NCBI GenBank assembly: GCA_049976425.1
Contig: JBMFIG010000014.1
Location: 1-39,842, forward strand
Length of the DNA: 39,842 nt
DNA from: Thermoproteus sp.
Lineage (GTDB): Archaea; Thermoproteota; Thermoprotei; Thermoproteales; Thermoproteaceae
Direction of reading: 5' to 3'
Made by a program: the position numbers and the translations under genes. Below are positions 8,196 to 17,954 of this stretch, piece after piece (position 1 is the stretch's first letter; each line of letters begins with the position of its first letter). The notes under the pieces are model-generated. The model was not told the origin of the DNA and ran no database searches. It was given only the letters and a program-made list of their open reading frames with translations.

Positions 8196-9869
8196 TTAGT
8201 CGAACTTAGTCTCGCTCTTGCCCTCCTCCTCTTCCTTCTTTTCGCCCTTCTTCTCCTCCTTCTCTAGCTTCGAGGCCGCTATTATTTCGTCTATTCTGAG
8301 GATCATCGAGGCGGCCTCCACGGCGACCTTGAAGGCGTTTACCTTAACCGATAGCGGCTCTATCAAGCCCAGCGAAACCATGTCGACAACCTTGCCCTGA
8401 TAAACATCTAGGCCGTACTTCCAGCCGTCGGCCTGCTCGTGTTTGTGCCTCAGCTCGGTGAGTATATCCACCGCGTCGAGCCCCGCGTTCTCCGCAAGGG
8501 CCTTGGGTATGGACTCCAGCGCATTGGCGAAGGCCTCTATCGCGTACTGCTCTCTGCCTCCTATCTTGGTGGCGAACGCCCTGACAGCCTTCGCCGCCTC
8601 GACCTCGGGAGCGCCTCCGGCGGGCAGTATGAAGGGCTCCTCCACCACGTCCGCGACCACGGACAACGCGTCGTCTAGGTTGCGCTCGGCTTCGTCCACA
8701 AGCCTCTCGAAGCCTCCTCTGATCAATATCGACACGGCCTTGGGGTTCTTGCACTGCTCCACGAACACCATCTTCTCGTCGCCGACACGCCTCTCCTCGA
8801 CCAGCCCGGCGAAGCCCAGATCCGCCTCGGACAGATCCTCTATGCTGGTGACCAGCCTAGCGCCCGTGGCTCTGACCAGCTTCTCTATGTCGGAGCGCTT
8901 CACGCGCCTCACGGCCAGTATCCCGGCCTTCGCCAGGTAGTACTGGGCGATGTCGTCTATGCCCTTGGTGGTGAACAACACGTTGACGCCAGCGGCCTTC
9001 AGCTTGTCCACATAGCCCTTGAGTATTGTCTCCTCTTCCTCCAGGAACGCCCTCATCTGGGTGGGGTCGTTGATCCTGATCTCGGCATCTATCTCGGGCT
9101 TTTCGACCTCCAGAGGCGCGTCGAGGAGGGCTATCTTGGCGTTCACCACGCGCTTCGGCATGGCCGGGTGCACCACCTCCTTGTCCACAACTATGCCGTA
9201 GACCAGCTGGGTGTCGAGGAGGGAGCCGCCGTGCTTCTTGACGAGCTGGACGTTGTCCAGGTCGGCGACCCAACGGTCGCCCCTCTGCTCCGCTATCTGC
9301 AGGATGGCCTTCACGGCCAGATCGGCGAAGTAGTCCTTCACGGTCTCGGAGATCTTGCCGCCCATAGCCGTGGTGGCTATCTTCTTCAACATCTCGGCAT
9401 CTGTGCGGTTGACTGGAACGGCGACCTTGCGCAGGTGCTCCACAGCCACGTCGAGGGCCTTCTTGAAGCCCGACACGACGACCGTCGGGTGTATGTTCTT
9501 CTCCAACAACTTCTCGGCCTCATCTAGCAGAGCCCCCGCCAACACCACAGCCGTGGTGGTGCCGTCGCCGGCCTCCTCCTCCTGCGACTTGGATATCTCG
9601 ACTAGGAGCTTCGCTATGGGGTGCTGGACGTCCATCTCGTCGAGTATGGTTGCGCCGTCGTTCGTTATGGTTATATCCCCTAGCGAGTCTATGAGCATCT
9701 TGTCCATGCCTTTAGGCCCTAACGTGGTCCTCAGCACCTCGGCGACAGCCCTCGCTATCATTATGTTTAACCTCATCGCCTCCTTGCCGAACGCCCTCTG
9801 GGTACCCTCCTTGAATATCAGAACGGGCACTCCGCCTATCTGCGTCAAATACGCGGTTTGGGAGCTCAT
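8196..9869 (-). CDS. Thermosome (group II chaperonin) subunit
   Basis: TTLGPKGMDKML, ITNDGATIL, GDGTTT, ALAENAGLD, ILRIDEII. Confidence 0.98.
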   Translation of the reverse strand: MSSQTAYLTQIGGVPVLIFKEGTQRAFGKEAMRLNIMIARAVAEVLRTTLGPKGMDKMLIDSLGDITITNDGATILDEMDVQHPIAKLLVEISKSQEEEAGDGTTTAVVLAGALLDEAEKLLEKNIHPTVVVSGFKKALDVAVEHLRKVAVPVNRTDAEMLKKIATTAMGGKISETVKDYFADLAVKAILQIAEQRGDRWVADLDNVQLVKKHGGSLLDTQLVYGIVVDKEVVHPAMPKRVVNAKIALLDAPLEVEKPEIDAEIRINDPTQMRAFLEEEETILKGYVDKLKAAGVNVLFTTKGIDDIAQYYLAKAGILAVRRVKRSDIEKLVRATGARLVTSIEDLSEADLGFAGLVEERRVGDEKMVFVEQCKNPKAVSILIRGGFERLVDEAERNLDDALSVVADVVEEPFILPAGGAPEVEAAKAVRAFATKIGGREQYAIEAFANALESIPKALAENAGLDAVDILTELRHKHEQADGWKYGLDVYQGKVVDMVSLGLIEPLSVKVNAFKVAVEAASMILRIDEIIAASKLEKEEKKGEKKEEEEGKSETKFD

Positions 9870-9887
9870 GAGTTTTACGAATTTCGC

Positions 9888-9974
9888 GTATATAAAAACT
9901 TTTCCTAGTTACGGCAATACAGGCCTCGACCAGAACGGCGGAGGTCCGCGCGCTCGGCGTAAAGTATTTTTAAG
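9888..9974. promoter_or_regulatory. Divergent TATA boxes for thermosome (-) and rps17e (+)
   Basis: Minus-strand AAAAGTTTTTATATA at ~9888-9903 and plus-strand AAAGTATTTTTAAG at 9961-9974, each ~20-25 nt from its start codon. Confidence 0.55.
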
Positions 9975-9994
9975 GCCTTGTTCGTGGCCCTTCA

Positions 9995-10222
9995 ATGGGC
10001 AGGGTGAAACCGCGTTACATAAAATCTTTGGCGGCGAAACTCTTGGAGATGTACCCGGATAAATTCACTGACAGCTTCGAGGAGAACAAAAAGGCGGTGG
10101 CCGAGCTAGCCGATCTGCAGAGCAAGAGAGTCAGGAACAGAGTAGCCGGCTACATAACGAGGATCGTCAAGGCTAGGAAGATGTCCCAGAAACAAGAAGA
10201 GGTGCCGGCTACATCGCCATGA
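9995..10222 (+). CDS. rps17e: 30S ribosomal protein S17e
   Basis: [10 protein letters not shown]...FEENKK...[13 protein letters not shown]. Confidence 0.97.
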   Translation: MGRVKPRYIKSLAAKLLEMYPDKFTDSFEENKKAVAELADLQSKRVRNRVAGYITRIVKARKMSQKQEEVPATSP

Positions 10223-10914
10223 CGCTCAATAAGGGCGACTACATATTATTTGACTACACCGTCGTGGTCAAGGACGACAACAAGGTGATAGAGACTACTA
10301 GCGAGGCGACGGCCAAGGAGGCGGGCATCTACAGACCTGAGGAGGTCTACGAGCCCCGACTTGTGATACTCGGCGAGACCAAGCTCTGGGAGCCTCTCGA
10401 GAACGCTCTCCTGAACGCGGATGAGGGCAGAGACGTTGAGGTCGAGATCCCGCCGGAAAAGGCCTATGGACAGAGGGATCTCAGCAAGATAAAGATACTA
10501 TCCATAAGGGAATTCCACAGACACGGCATAGTGCCTCGCGTGGACGACGTGGTGGAGATAGAGGGGAATAGGGCGAGAGTTATCTCCATCTCCGGCGGCA
10601 GGGTCACGCTCGACTTTAACCATCCCCTTGCCGGCAAGACGTTGGTGGTTAGAGGCAAGGTAGTGAAGAAACTGACATCCAACGAAGAGAAGATCGTCTA
10701 TCTGATAAGGCAGTATATGCCCAGGATACCTCCCGACAAGATCTCGGTATCCTTCTCGCAAGACGGCTCCGAGGCCCAAGTGAGGTTGCCCGCCGAGGTT
10801 CTACTCTACGAGAAAATTGGGAATATACTGCTTCAAGCTGCGTCGGAGATAGGTAGCAGATTCGCCGAATTGAAGAAGGTAAATTTCGTGGAGGAGGTAG
10901 AGCTCAAGAGATAA
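10219..10914 (+). CDS. FKBP-type peptidyl-prolyl isomerase (long archaeal SlyD-like)
   Basis: [19 protein letters not shown]. Confidence 0.93.
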   Translation: MTLNKGDYILFDYTVVVKDDNKVIETTSEATAKEAGIYRPEEVYEPRLVILGETKLWEPLENALLNADEGRDVEVEIPPEKAYGQRDLSKIKILSIREFHRHGIVPRVDDVVEIEGNRARVISISGGRVTLDFNHPLAGKTLVVRGKVVKKLTSNEEKIVYLIRQYMPRIPPDKISVSFSQDGSEAQVRLPAEVLLYEKIGNILLQAASEIGSRFAELKKVNFVEEVELKR

Positions 10915-10936
10915 AAGAGGATCTCCAATTCTATTT

Positions 10937-11536
10937 ATGACTACCACTGTGGGTATAAAGGCTCGCGATGGAGTCGTCTTGGCGACCGATAAAAGGGTGA
11001 CCGCCGGATACTACATAGCACATAAACGCGGCGAGAAGATCTGGAAAATCGACGAGCATGTGGCCGCCACTATGAGCGGGGGCGTGGCGGATCTCCAGGG
11101 GCTGTTGAGCGCGCTCACAGTATTGGCTAGGGACTACAAGACGGAGCACAAGAGGCCTATACCTGTAAAGACCTTGGTCAACTACGCCTCTCTACTCCTC
11201 TTCTACTCGCGGCCGGTGATATACATCGTCCATTCGATCTTCGGCGGGTTCGACGACGAGGGGCCCCAGCTGTATATGCTCGATTGGCTGGGTAGCTACA
11301 GCGAGGAGCGCTACATCTCCACGGGGAGCGGCTCGCCCTACGCCATGGGCGTACTGGAGGTGGGCTATAGAGAAGACATGACAGTCGACGAGGCCGTGAA
11401 GCTGGCCGAAAACGCGGTGAAGGCGGCCATGAGGAACGACCCGGGCTCCGGCGAGGGAATCGATATAGTGACCATAACTAAGGACGGCTTTAGACGGGTG
11501 TTCTCGGCCAGGCAGAGGGTGACAATCGCCGAATAG
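10937..11536 (+). CDS. psmB: Proteasome beta subunit
   Basis: MTTTVGI...VLATDKR, GGVAD, TGSGSPYA, DPGSG. Confidence 0.96.
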   Translation: MTTTVGIKARDGVVLATDKRVTAGYYIAHKRGEKIWKIDEHVAATMSGGVADLQGLLSALTVLARDYKTEHKRPIPVKTLVNYASLLLFYSRPVIYIVHSIFGGFDDEGPQLYMLDWLGSYSEERYISTGSGSPYAMGVLEVGYREDMTVDEAVKLAENAVKAAMRNDPGSGEGIDIVTITKDGFRRVFSARQRVTIAE

Positions 11537-11569
11537 AAAAATATATAAGACCATAGTGGGGGCTAGGCC

Positions 11570-13477
11570 GTGGCGTATTCTTTAGATATCGAATCTAAGA
11601 TCAAAGAGATTCTGTCGAGCGTCGAGGTATCTAAGGTAGAGGTGGAGGGGCCATCTATCTGTGTTTATGTCAAGAATCCTGCTAATTTAAGCAACGAAGA
11701 GGTCGCCGAGTTGGCAAAGACCCTTAAAAAAAGGATAGTAGTTAGGAGCGACTCGGCGGCGCGGCTGTCGAAGAAAGATGCTGAGAAGGTAATCCTCTCA
11801 CTCGCCCCGGATCTAGTAGAGCACATATATTTCGAGGACGTGGGGGACGTCTACATATACCTCTCCAAGGCGGTGCCCGAGAAGGACTTCAAGAAGCTCG
11901 CCAGAGAGATCTTCTCGTCGACGGGCTGGCGCGCCATAATAGAGATGGGGGTGCCCAGCATGATGAAACTGCCCTCCAAGGACATAGTGGACGTCAGGAC
12001 GATCTACCACAGCGCCTACGACAAGAGGGCCGCGATGATGAGGGAGTTGGGGGCCAGGATACACCACGAGCCAGTCGTAAAGGAGGGGCCTATAACCGTC
12101 TCGTTCCTCGGGGCGTCTATGGAGGTCGGCCGGAGCGCTATATTGGTCGACACCACCGAGAGCAAGGTGCTCTTGGACTGCGGCCTCAAGCCGTCGCAGT
12201 ACGAGGAGGAGTTCCCGCTACTGGAGCAGGTAGACCTAGACTCCCTCGACGCCGTCGTGCTGTCGCACGCGCACATGGACCACGTAGGTTGCCTCCCCTA
12301 CCTCTACAAGTACGGATATAGAGGCCCTGTATACATGACCGACCCTACCAAATATCTGACCTACATACTCTTGACAGACTATGTCGAGTTGAAGGAGCGC
12401 GAGGGGCAGATCCCGCCGTATACTAAAAGCGATATAGAGACCCTTATGTACCACATAATCACGTTAGACTATGAGGAGGTGACGGACATAGCGCCAGACA
12501 TTAAGCTGACCCTATACGATGCCGGCCACGAAATAGGGTCGGCCTTAGTACATCTACATATAGGCAACGGGCGCTACAACATATTGTATACAGGCGATTT
12601 CAAGTTCGGGAGGACTAATCTTCTGAATAAGGCCGTGAACAAGTTCAAGCGCGTGGAGATGTTGATAATGGAGTCCACATACGGCGGCCGCGACGACGTC
12701 CAGCCGCCTAGGGTCGAGGCAGAGAACACCTTAGTTAAGGCAATTACCGAGACCATAGAGAACAGAGGCAAGGTCCTCATACCGGCCTTCAGCACAGGCA
12801 GAGCGCAAGAGATCCTATACATATTGAATAGAGAGATTAACAGAGGGAACTTGAAGAGAGTGCCTATATACGTCGACGGCATGATAGTAGAAACCTTAAA
12901 TGCGTATCTGATGTACCCGCACTTCTTGAACCGAGAGGTGGCGGAGGAGATCTACGGAGGCGTGAACCCCTTCACGTCGTCCGGTAGCATAGAGGTGGTG
13001 GAGAGGGCCAAAAGGATAGAGGACAGGATAAACCAAATAGCGCGCATAACGCAAGACGAGAGGCCCGGCGTAATAATAGCCCCCCACGGCATGCTTAACG
13101 GCGGACCTATACTCGACTACTTCGTTCACCTAGCCCCCGATCCAGCCAATAAGCTGATCTTCGTCTCCTACCAGGCCGAGAACACATTGGGGCGGCGCAT
13201 CCTCAACGGCGAGAGGGACTTCATAGTCAGGAGCATATCCATGGGGGAGACCAAGGTATCCATGAGGATGGGCGTCGTGTCGATACCCGGCTTCTCGGGC
13301 CACAGCGACCGGAGAGAGCTTATGAAATACGTGGAGACGGTAGAGCCCAGGCCGCGTAAGGTCGTCCTAATACACGGCGAGCCTTCCAAGATAGTCAGCC
13401 TGGCCACCTCCATAGAACTGCGTTATAAGATAACCACAGTAATACCTAGGGTAGGCGAGAGGATAAGGGCTCTCTGA
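11570..13477 (+). CDS. fttA: aCPSF1 / FttA beta-CASP ribonuclease with KH domains (transcription termination factor)
   Basis: N-terminal KH region, EVGRS, SHAHMDH, AGHEIGS, YTGD, ESTYG, GRAQE, FSGHSD, HGE. Confidence 0.95.
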   Translation: MAYSLDIESKIKEILSSVEVSKVEVEGPSICVYVKNPANLSNEEVAELAKTLKKRIVVRSDSAARLSKKDAEKVILSLAPDLVEHIYFEDVGDVYIYLSKAVPEKDFKKLAREIFSSTGWRAIIEMGVPSMMKLPSKDIVDVRTIYHSAYDKRAAMMRELGARIHHEPVVKEGPITVSFLGASMEVGRSAILVDTTESKVLLDCGLKPSQYEEEFPLLEQVDLDSLDAVVLSHAHMDHVGCLPYLYKYGYRGPVYMTDPTKYLTYILLTDYVELKEREGQIPPYTKSDIETLMYHIITLDYEEVTDIAPDIKLTLYDAGHEIGSALVHLHIGNGRYNILYTGDFKFGRTNLLNKAVNKFKRVEMLIMESTYGGRDDVQPPRVEAENTLVKAITETIENRGKVLIPAFSTGRAQEILYILNREINRGNLKRVPIYVDGMIVETLNAYLMYPHFLNREVAEEIYGGVNPFTSSGSIEVVERAKRIEDRINQIARITQDERPGVIIAPHGMLNGGPILDYFVHLAPDPANKLIFVSYQAENTLGRRILNGERDFIVRSISMGETKVSMRMGVVSIPGFSGHSDRRELMKYVETVEPRPRKVVLIHGEPSKIVSLATSIELRYKITTVIPRVGERIRAL

Positions 13478-13586
13478 TGGCCCGACCGCCTCGTGCGGCC
13501 CTGGGATAGAGTCGGCTCGCCCCGCTGAACCCGGAGCGGCGATTGCCTTAGAGAAATCCTTAAATATCCGGTGTGGGGCCGACGCC

Positions 13587-13826
13587 ATGTCAAGTGACAT
13601 GTCGAAGTGCCTAGCCACACTAGGCGCAACGCTCCAAGACTCCATAGGGAAGAGGGTGTTGGTGAAGTTGAGGGATGGATACGAGATAAGGGGCATTCTA
13701 AAGTCCTTCGATCAACACGTTAATCTACTGCTTGAGGATGCCGAGGAGGTCATCGATAATGTGATATTGAAAAGAGGCACCATGGTCGTGAGAGGGGAAA
13801 ACGTCCTCTTCGTCTCGCCGACATGA
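13587..13826 (+). CDS. Sm-like protein (SmAP1 type)
   Basis: [33 protein letters not shown]; directly upstream of L37e. Confidence 0.95.
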   Translation: MSSDMSKCLATLGATLQDSIGKRVLVKLRDGYEIRGILKSFDQHVNLLLEDAEEVIDNVILKRGTMVVRGENVLFVSPT

Positions 13827-13981
13827 AGGGCACGCCCTCGATGGGGAAGCACAGCAGGGGCAAGACGCACATACGCTGTCCTAGGTGCGGACGCCACTCC
13901 TACAACGTGGCCAAGGGATATTGCGCAAGTTGCGGCTGGGGCCGCTCGCGGAGGCTTCGTAGATACAACTGGGCTAAGTAG
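13823..13981 (+). CDS. rpl37e: 50S ribosomal protein L37e (52 aa, missing from the ORF track)
   Basis: Manual translation [52 protein letters not shown]; ATGA overlap with the Sm stop. Confidence 0.97.
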   Translation: MKGTPSMGKHSRGKTHIRCPRCGRHSYNVAKGYCASCGWGRSRRLRRYNWAK

Positions 13982-13983
13982 CT

Positions 13984-14133
13984 CTATCGATCTGGCCGCG
14001 ATCTCGGAGATCGCTCCGCCGCCGACGTCAGTTTTCTGATCTCGGCCAGTTGCCACTCGAGGATTTCCCGAGGCAACGAGCCTTGTCTGAACAGCTCTGC
14101 GAACTCCTCCAGACATATCAAGAGCGACTGCAT
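13984..14133 (-). CDS. Possible small hypothetical protein (49 aa)
   Basis: ATG at 14133 gives MQSLLICLEEFAELFRQGSLPREILEWQLAEIRKL...; fills the gap between rpl37e and polB and looks like an amphipathic helix. Confidence 0.4.
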   Translation of the reverse strand: MQSLLICLEEFAELFRQGSLPREILEWQLAEIRKLTSAAERSPRSRPDR

Positions 14134-14159
14134 AGATAAATATGGACAGTATAATAAAT

Positions 14160-16517
14160 GTGGAGCTTGAATTCTGGCTCCTCGATATAACATACTCGAT
14201 CGCTGGAGGGGTGCCGGAGATTAGGATGTTCGGAATTACCAAGGACGGCGAGCGCGTCGTGGTGGCGGACAGAGGGTTTAGGCCTTATTTTTACGTAAAG
14301 GGCAATCCGTCCAATCTGAGACAAGCCTTGGCCAGGGTAGCCCCTATAGAGGCAGTGGAGGCAGTCGAGAGGAAGTATTTCGGCAAGCCCGTCAAGTTGT
14401 TTAAGGTCACGGCTCGGGTGCCCGAGGACGTGAGGCGGCTGAGAGAGGCCGCCCTAGCCCTAGACGGCGTCGAGGAGGTTCTAGAGGCCGATATTAGGTT
14501 CTATATGAGGTATATGGTCGACGTGGGCGTCACGCCGTCCACGTGGCATCTGGCCGACGTCTCCGAGGAAGGCACGCTGGGCGGTTTAAGGAAGTACTTG
14601 GCGCGGAGACCTCCCGTCCCGATCTTGGAAAAGACAGGCGTGTTGCCGGACCTCAGAATAGCGGCGTTCGACATAGAGGTATACAACGCGCGGGGCACCG
14701 CAGATCCTGCCAGAGATCCCGTGGTGATCATCTCTATTAAGGACTCCTCGGGCAAGGCCTTCGCGATAACTGCGGACGGGCGAGATGATAGGAAGGTGTT
14801 GCGGGAGTTCGTCGAATACGTGAGGGAATACGATCCCGACATCATACTCGGCTACAACTCTAACGGCTTCGACTGGCCCTACCTGGCCGAGAGGGCCAAA
14901 AGGCTCGGCGTAGCCCTGTCCGTGGATAGGCTGGGCGGGGCGCCCCAGCAGAGCGTGTACGGCCATTGGTCAGTCGTGGGGAGGGCCAACGTGGATCTCT
15001 ACAACGTCATAGACGAGATACAGGAGATCAAGGTCAAGACGTTGGATAGAGCCGCCGAGTACTTCGGCGTCATGAAACGCGACGAAAGGACTTTGATACC
15101 CGGCCACAGGATCTACGAATACTGGGACGATCCCTCGCGGAGGCCTATCTTGATCAAATACGCGATGGAGGACGCGGCCTCCACATACGGGCTGGGCGAG
15201 AAGCTACTGCCCTACCTGATCCAGCTCTCCTCTGTGTCCGGCGTGCCGTTAGACCAAGTGGCCGCGGCCTCCGTGGGGGCGAGGGTCGAGTGGCTGTTGA
15301 TGCGGTACGCGTACCGCATGGGCGAAGTCGCGCCTAACAGAGAGGAGAGGCCCTATGAGACCTACAAAGGCGCCATAGTGTTGGAGCCGCGGCCAGGCAT
15401 CTACCAAGACGTCGCCGTGTTGGACTTCACGAGTATGTACCCCAGCATAATGATGAAGTACAACCTATCGCCTGACACCTATCTGGAACCCGGCGAGCCG
15501 GATCCGCCCGAGGGCGTCTACAGAGCGCCTGAGGTCGGGCATAGGTTCAGGAAGTCCCCGACTGGCTTCATACCGCAAGTCCTAGCCTCTCTAGTAAAGC
15601 TGAGGAAAGAGGTGAGGAGCGCCATGTCCGGCCTCGATCCTAACAGCGTAGAGTATAAACTGCTGGACGAGAGGCAAAGAGCCTTGAAGATTATGGCCAA
15701 CGCCATGTACGGCTATATGGGCTGGCTCGGGGCTAGATGGTATAAAAGGGAAGTCGCGGAGTCCGTCACCGCCTTCGCGAGAAATATATTACTAGATGTT
15801 ATAAATTTCGCTAAAAATATAGGAATAAATGTAATATATGGAGATACTGATAGTTTATTTGTTAAATATTCCAAGGATATAGATAGAATAATAAATTATG
15901 TAAATGATAAATTTAATATAGAGATTAAATTAGAGAAAATATATAAGAAACTTCTATTTACGGAATCTAAGAAACGTTACGCCGGTCTCCTGGACGACGG
16001 CAGAATCGATATCGTGGGATTCGAAGTTGTGAGAGGTGACTGGTGCGAGCTGGCGAAGGAGGTGCAGTTGAAGGTCATAGAATATGCGCTTAAGTCTCAG
16101 AACTTGTCTGAGGCTAAGGATAAGATTATTAGCTATGTTAAATCTATTATCAATAATATTAAAACATATAATATAGATCTTGATGATTTAATTATATGGA
16201 AAACTTTAGATAAAGAATTAGATGAATATAAAGTAACTCCTCCACATGTATATGCAGCTAAATTATTGGAGAAGCACGGATATAAAATACATAAAGGTAT
16301 GAGTATAGGATATGTAATAGTTAAAGGTAGTGATAAATTGAGTTCTAGGGCTAAGCCCTATATCTTGGTAGAAGATATAAAGGAGGTAGACATAGACTAC
16401 TATGTAGAGAAGCAGATAGTCCCCGCGGCGTTGAGGATAGGCGAAGTGATAGGCGTAAGGGAAGGCGACTTGGTAGGGAAAGGCGGCTCCAGAAGTCTGC
16501 TCGACTTCCTCGGCTGA
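14160..16517 (+). CDS. polB: Family B DNA polymerase (PolB3-like) with 3'-5' exonuclease
   Basis: FDIEV, YNSNGFDWPYL, DFTSMYPS, KIMANAMYGY, YGDTDS, KKRY; GTG 14160 preferred to ATG 14142 (both in frame). Confidence 0.96.
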   Translation: MELEFWLLDITYSIAGGVPEIRMFGITKDGERVVVADRGFRPYFYVKGNPSNLRQALARVAPIEAVEAVERKYFGKPVKLFKVTARVPEDVRRLREAALALDGVEEVLEADIRFYMRYMVDVGVTPSTWHLADVSEEGTLGGLRKYLARRPPVPILEKTGVLPDLRIAAFDIEVYNARGTADPARDPVVIISIKDSSGKAFAITADGRDDRKVLREFVEYVREYDPDIILGYNSNGFDWPYLAERAKRLGVALSVDRLGGAPQQSVYGHWSVVGRANVDLYNVIDEIQEIKVKTLDRAAEYFGVMKRDERTLIPGHRIYEYWDDPSRRPILIKYAMEDAASTYGLGEKLLPYLIQLSSVSGVPLDQVAAASVGARVEWLLMRYAYRMGEVAPNREERPYETYKGAIVLEPRPGIYQDVAVLDFTSMYPSIMMKYNLSPDTYLEPGEPDPPEGVYRAPEVGHRFRKSPTGFIPQVLASLVKLRKEVRSAMSGLDPNSVEYKLLDERQRALKIMANAMYGYMGWLGARWYKREVAESVTAFARNILLDVINFAKNIGINVIYGDTDSLFVKYSKDIDRIINYVNDKFNIEIKLEKIYKKLLFTESKKRYAGLLDDGRIDIVGFEVVRGDWCELAKEVQLKVIEYALKSQNLSEAKDKIISYVKSIINNIKTYNIDLDDLIIWKTLDKELDEYKVTPPHVYAAKLLEKHGYKIHKGMSIGYVIVKGSDKLSSRAKPYILVEDIKEVDIDYYVEKQIVPAALRIGEVIGVREGDLVGKGGSRSLLDFLG

Positions 16518-16588
16518 CGTTGGGCCTCGCCGATCGGCGAGCGTTAGGAGATGAGTAAATACTTAAAGGTGTTACTAAGGTGTGGGCC

Positions 16589-17803
16589 ATGGGAGCCTTA
16601 ACCATAGTCTCAAAGTACATGATTGTCGCCCAGATAGAAGTGAACGGAGTGGTTGATAAATCCGACATAATAGGCGCGTTGTTCTCGCAGACGGAGGGCT
16701 TGCTCGGCAAGGATATGGATCTTAGAGAGCTACAGATGATGGGGCGTATCGGCAGAATCGAGATAGACATATTGGAGAAGGACGGGCGCACAAAGGCCCG
16801 GGTCAACATACCGTCGAACTTAGACCGCTACGAGACCGCCTTGATAGCCGCGCTCATCGAGAGCGTGGAGAGGGTCGGGCCTTATCCGGCCAGCGTCAAG
16901 ATTCTGGAGATAAGGGATTTGAGGGAGGAGAAGAGGAACAGGATAGTCGAGAGGGCCAAGGAGCTTATCAAGATGATGGAGGAGGAGGTGCTTCCCGACA
17001 CCAAGGAGATACTCGAGAAGCTGAAGGAGGATGTGGCCAAGGCCGAGGTGATAGAGTACGGCCCGGAGAGACTACCGGCAGGGCCCGACATCGATAAGTC
17101 CGACAGCATAATCATAGTTGAGGGCCGCGCCGACGTCGTGAATCTGGTCAAACACGGCTACCGCAACGTAATAGCCATAGAGGGTATAAGCCAGGGCATA
17201 CCTCAGACCATAATAGATATAAGCAAGCGCAAGAACGTGACGGCGTTCGTCGACGGGGATAAGGGCGGCGAGCTCGTGTTGAGGGATCTATTGAAGGTTG
17301 CACACGTCGACTACATAGCCAGAGCGCCTCCAGGCAAGGAGGTTGAGCAGTTGACGGCTAAGGAGATCGCGAGGGCTCTGAGGAATAAAATGACGGTCGA
17401 GGAGTATCTGGCCCAACAACAGATAAAGTCACAAGAGCAGGCCCAGGCGCAACAAACCCAGCCGCAACAACCGCCGCAACCTCAGCAGGCCGGGCGTCCG
17501 TTAGAGGTGCCGGACTTCGTAAGGACTAAGATAGACGAGATGCTCGGCACGCTTGAGGCGGAGATCTACGACGAGAAGTGGAGCCCTGTGAAGAGGTTAA
17601 CTGTTAGGGAACTCCCCGACTTCTTGTCGTCGTCCGAGGGCAACGTATACGCCATACTGATGGACGGGATAGCCACCCAGCGTATAGTGGATCTAGCCGC
17701 CAAGAGGGGCGTCAAGTACATAATAGCGGCGAGGGTCGGGCCCGTGACCAAGGCGCCTGAGGATATGTCGATAATATCGTTCGACGATTTAAAGACATCC
17801 TAG
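16589..17803 (+). CDS. dnaG: Archaeal DnaG (TOPRIM; primase / exosome-associated)
   Basis: DIIGALFSQTEGLLG, VEGRADV, DGDKGG, DGIATQR; Q/P-rich linker; start 16580 or 16589. Confidence 0.94.
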   Translation: MGALTIVSKYMIVAQIEVNGVVDKSDIIGALFSQTEGLLGKDMDLRELQMMGRIGRIEIDILEKDGRTKARVNIPSNLDRYETALIAALIESVERVGPYPASVKILEIRDLREEKRNRIVERAKELIKMMEEEVLPDTKEILEKLKEDVAKAEVIEYGPERLPAGPDIDKSDSIIIVEGRADVVNLVKHGYRNVIAIEGISQGIPQTIIDISKRKNVTAFVDGDKGGELVLRDLLKVAHVDYIARAPPGKEVEQLTAKEIARALRNKMTVEEYLAQQQIKSQEQAQAQQTQPQQPPQPQQAGRPLEVPDFVRTKIDEMLGTLEAEIYDEKWSPVKRLTVRELPDFLSSSEGNVYAILMDGIATQRIVDLAAKRGVKYIIAARVGPVTKAPEDMSIISFDDLKTS

Positions 17804-17954
17804 TTATATCACCCCGCGCTTCCTCCAACAAACAACAAATGCCGCTTTTCCACGCCCACGCCTATCGTTGAATTATATCTAACATATCCGGCCCGAAGCG
17901 GTGGGGCGTAGCTAGGTAGCCTTGATTTATTAATGGAACCCGGAAGAAGATCTC

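Noticed and set aside
8218-10062. Multiple alternative-frame ORFs over the thermosome gene, and similar shadows over other genes
   Set aside because: These are expected products of high GC3 codon bias, and none carries a recognisable motif.
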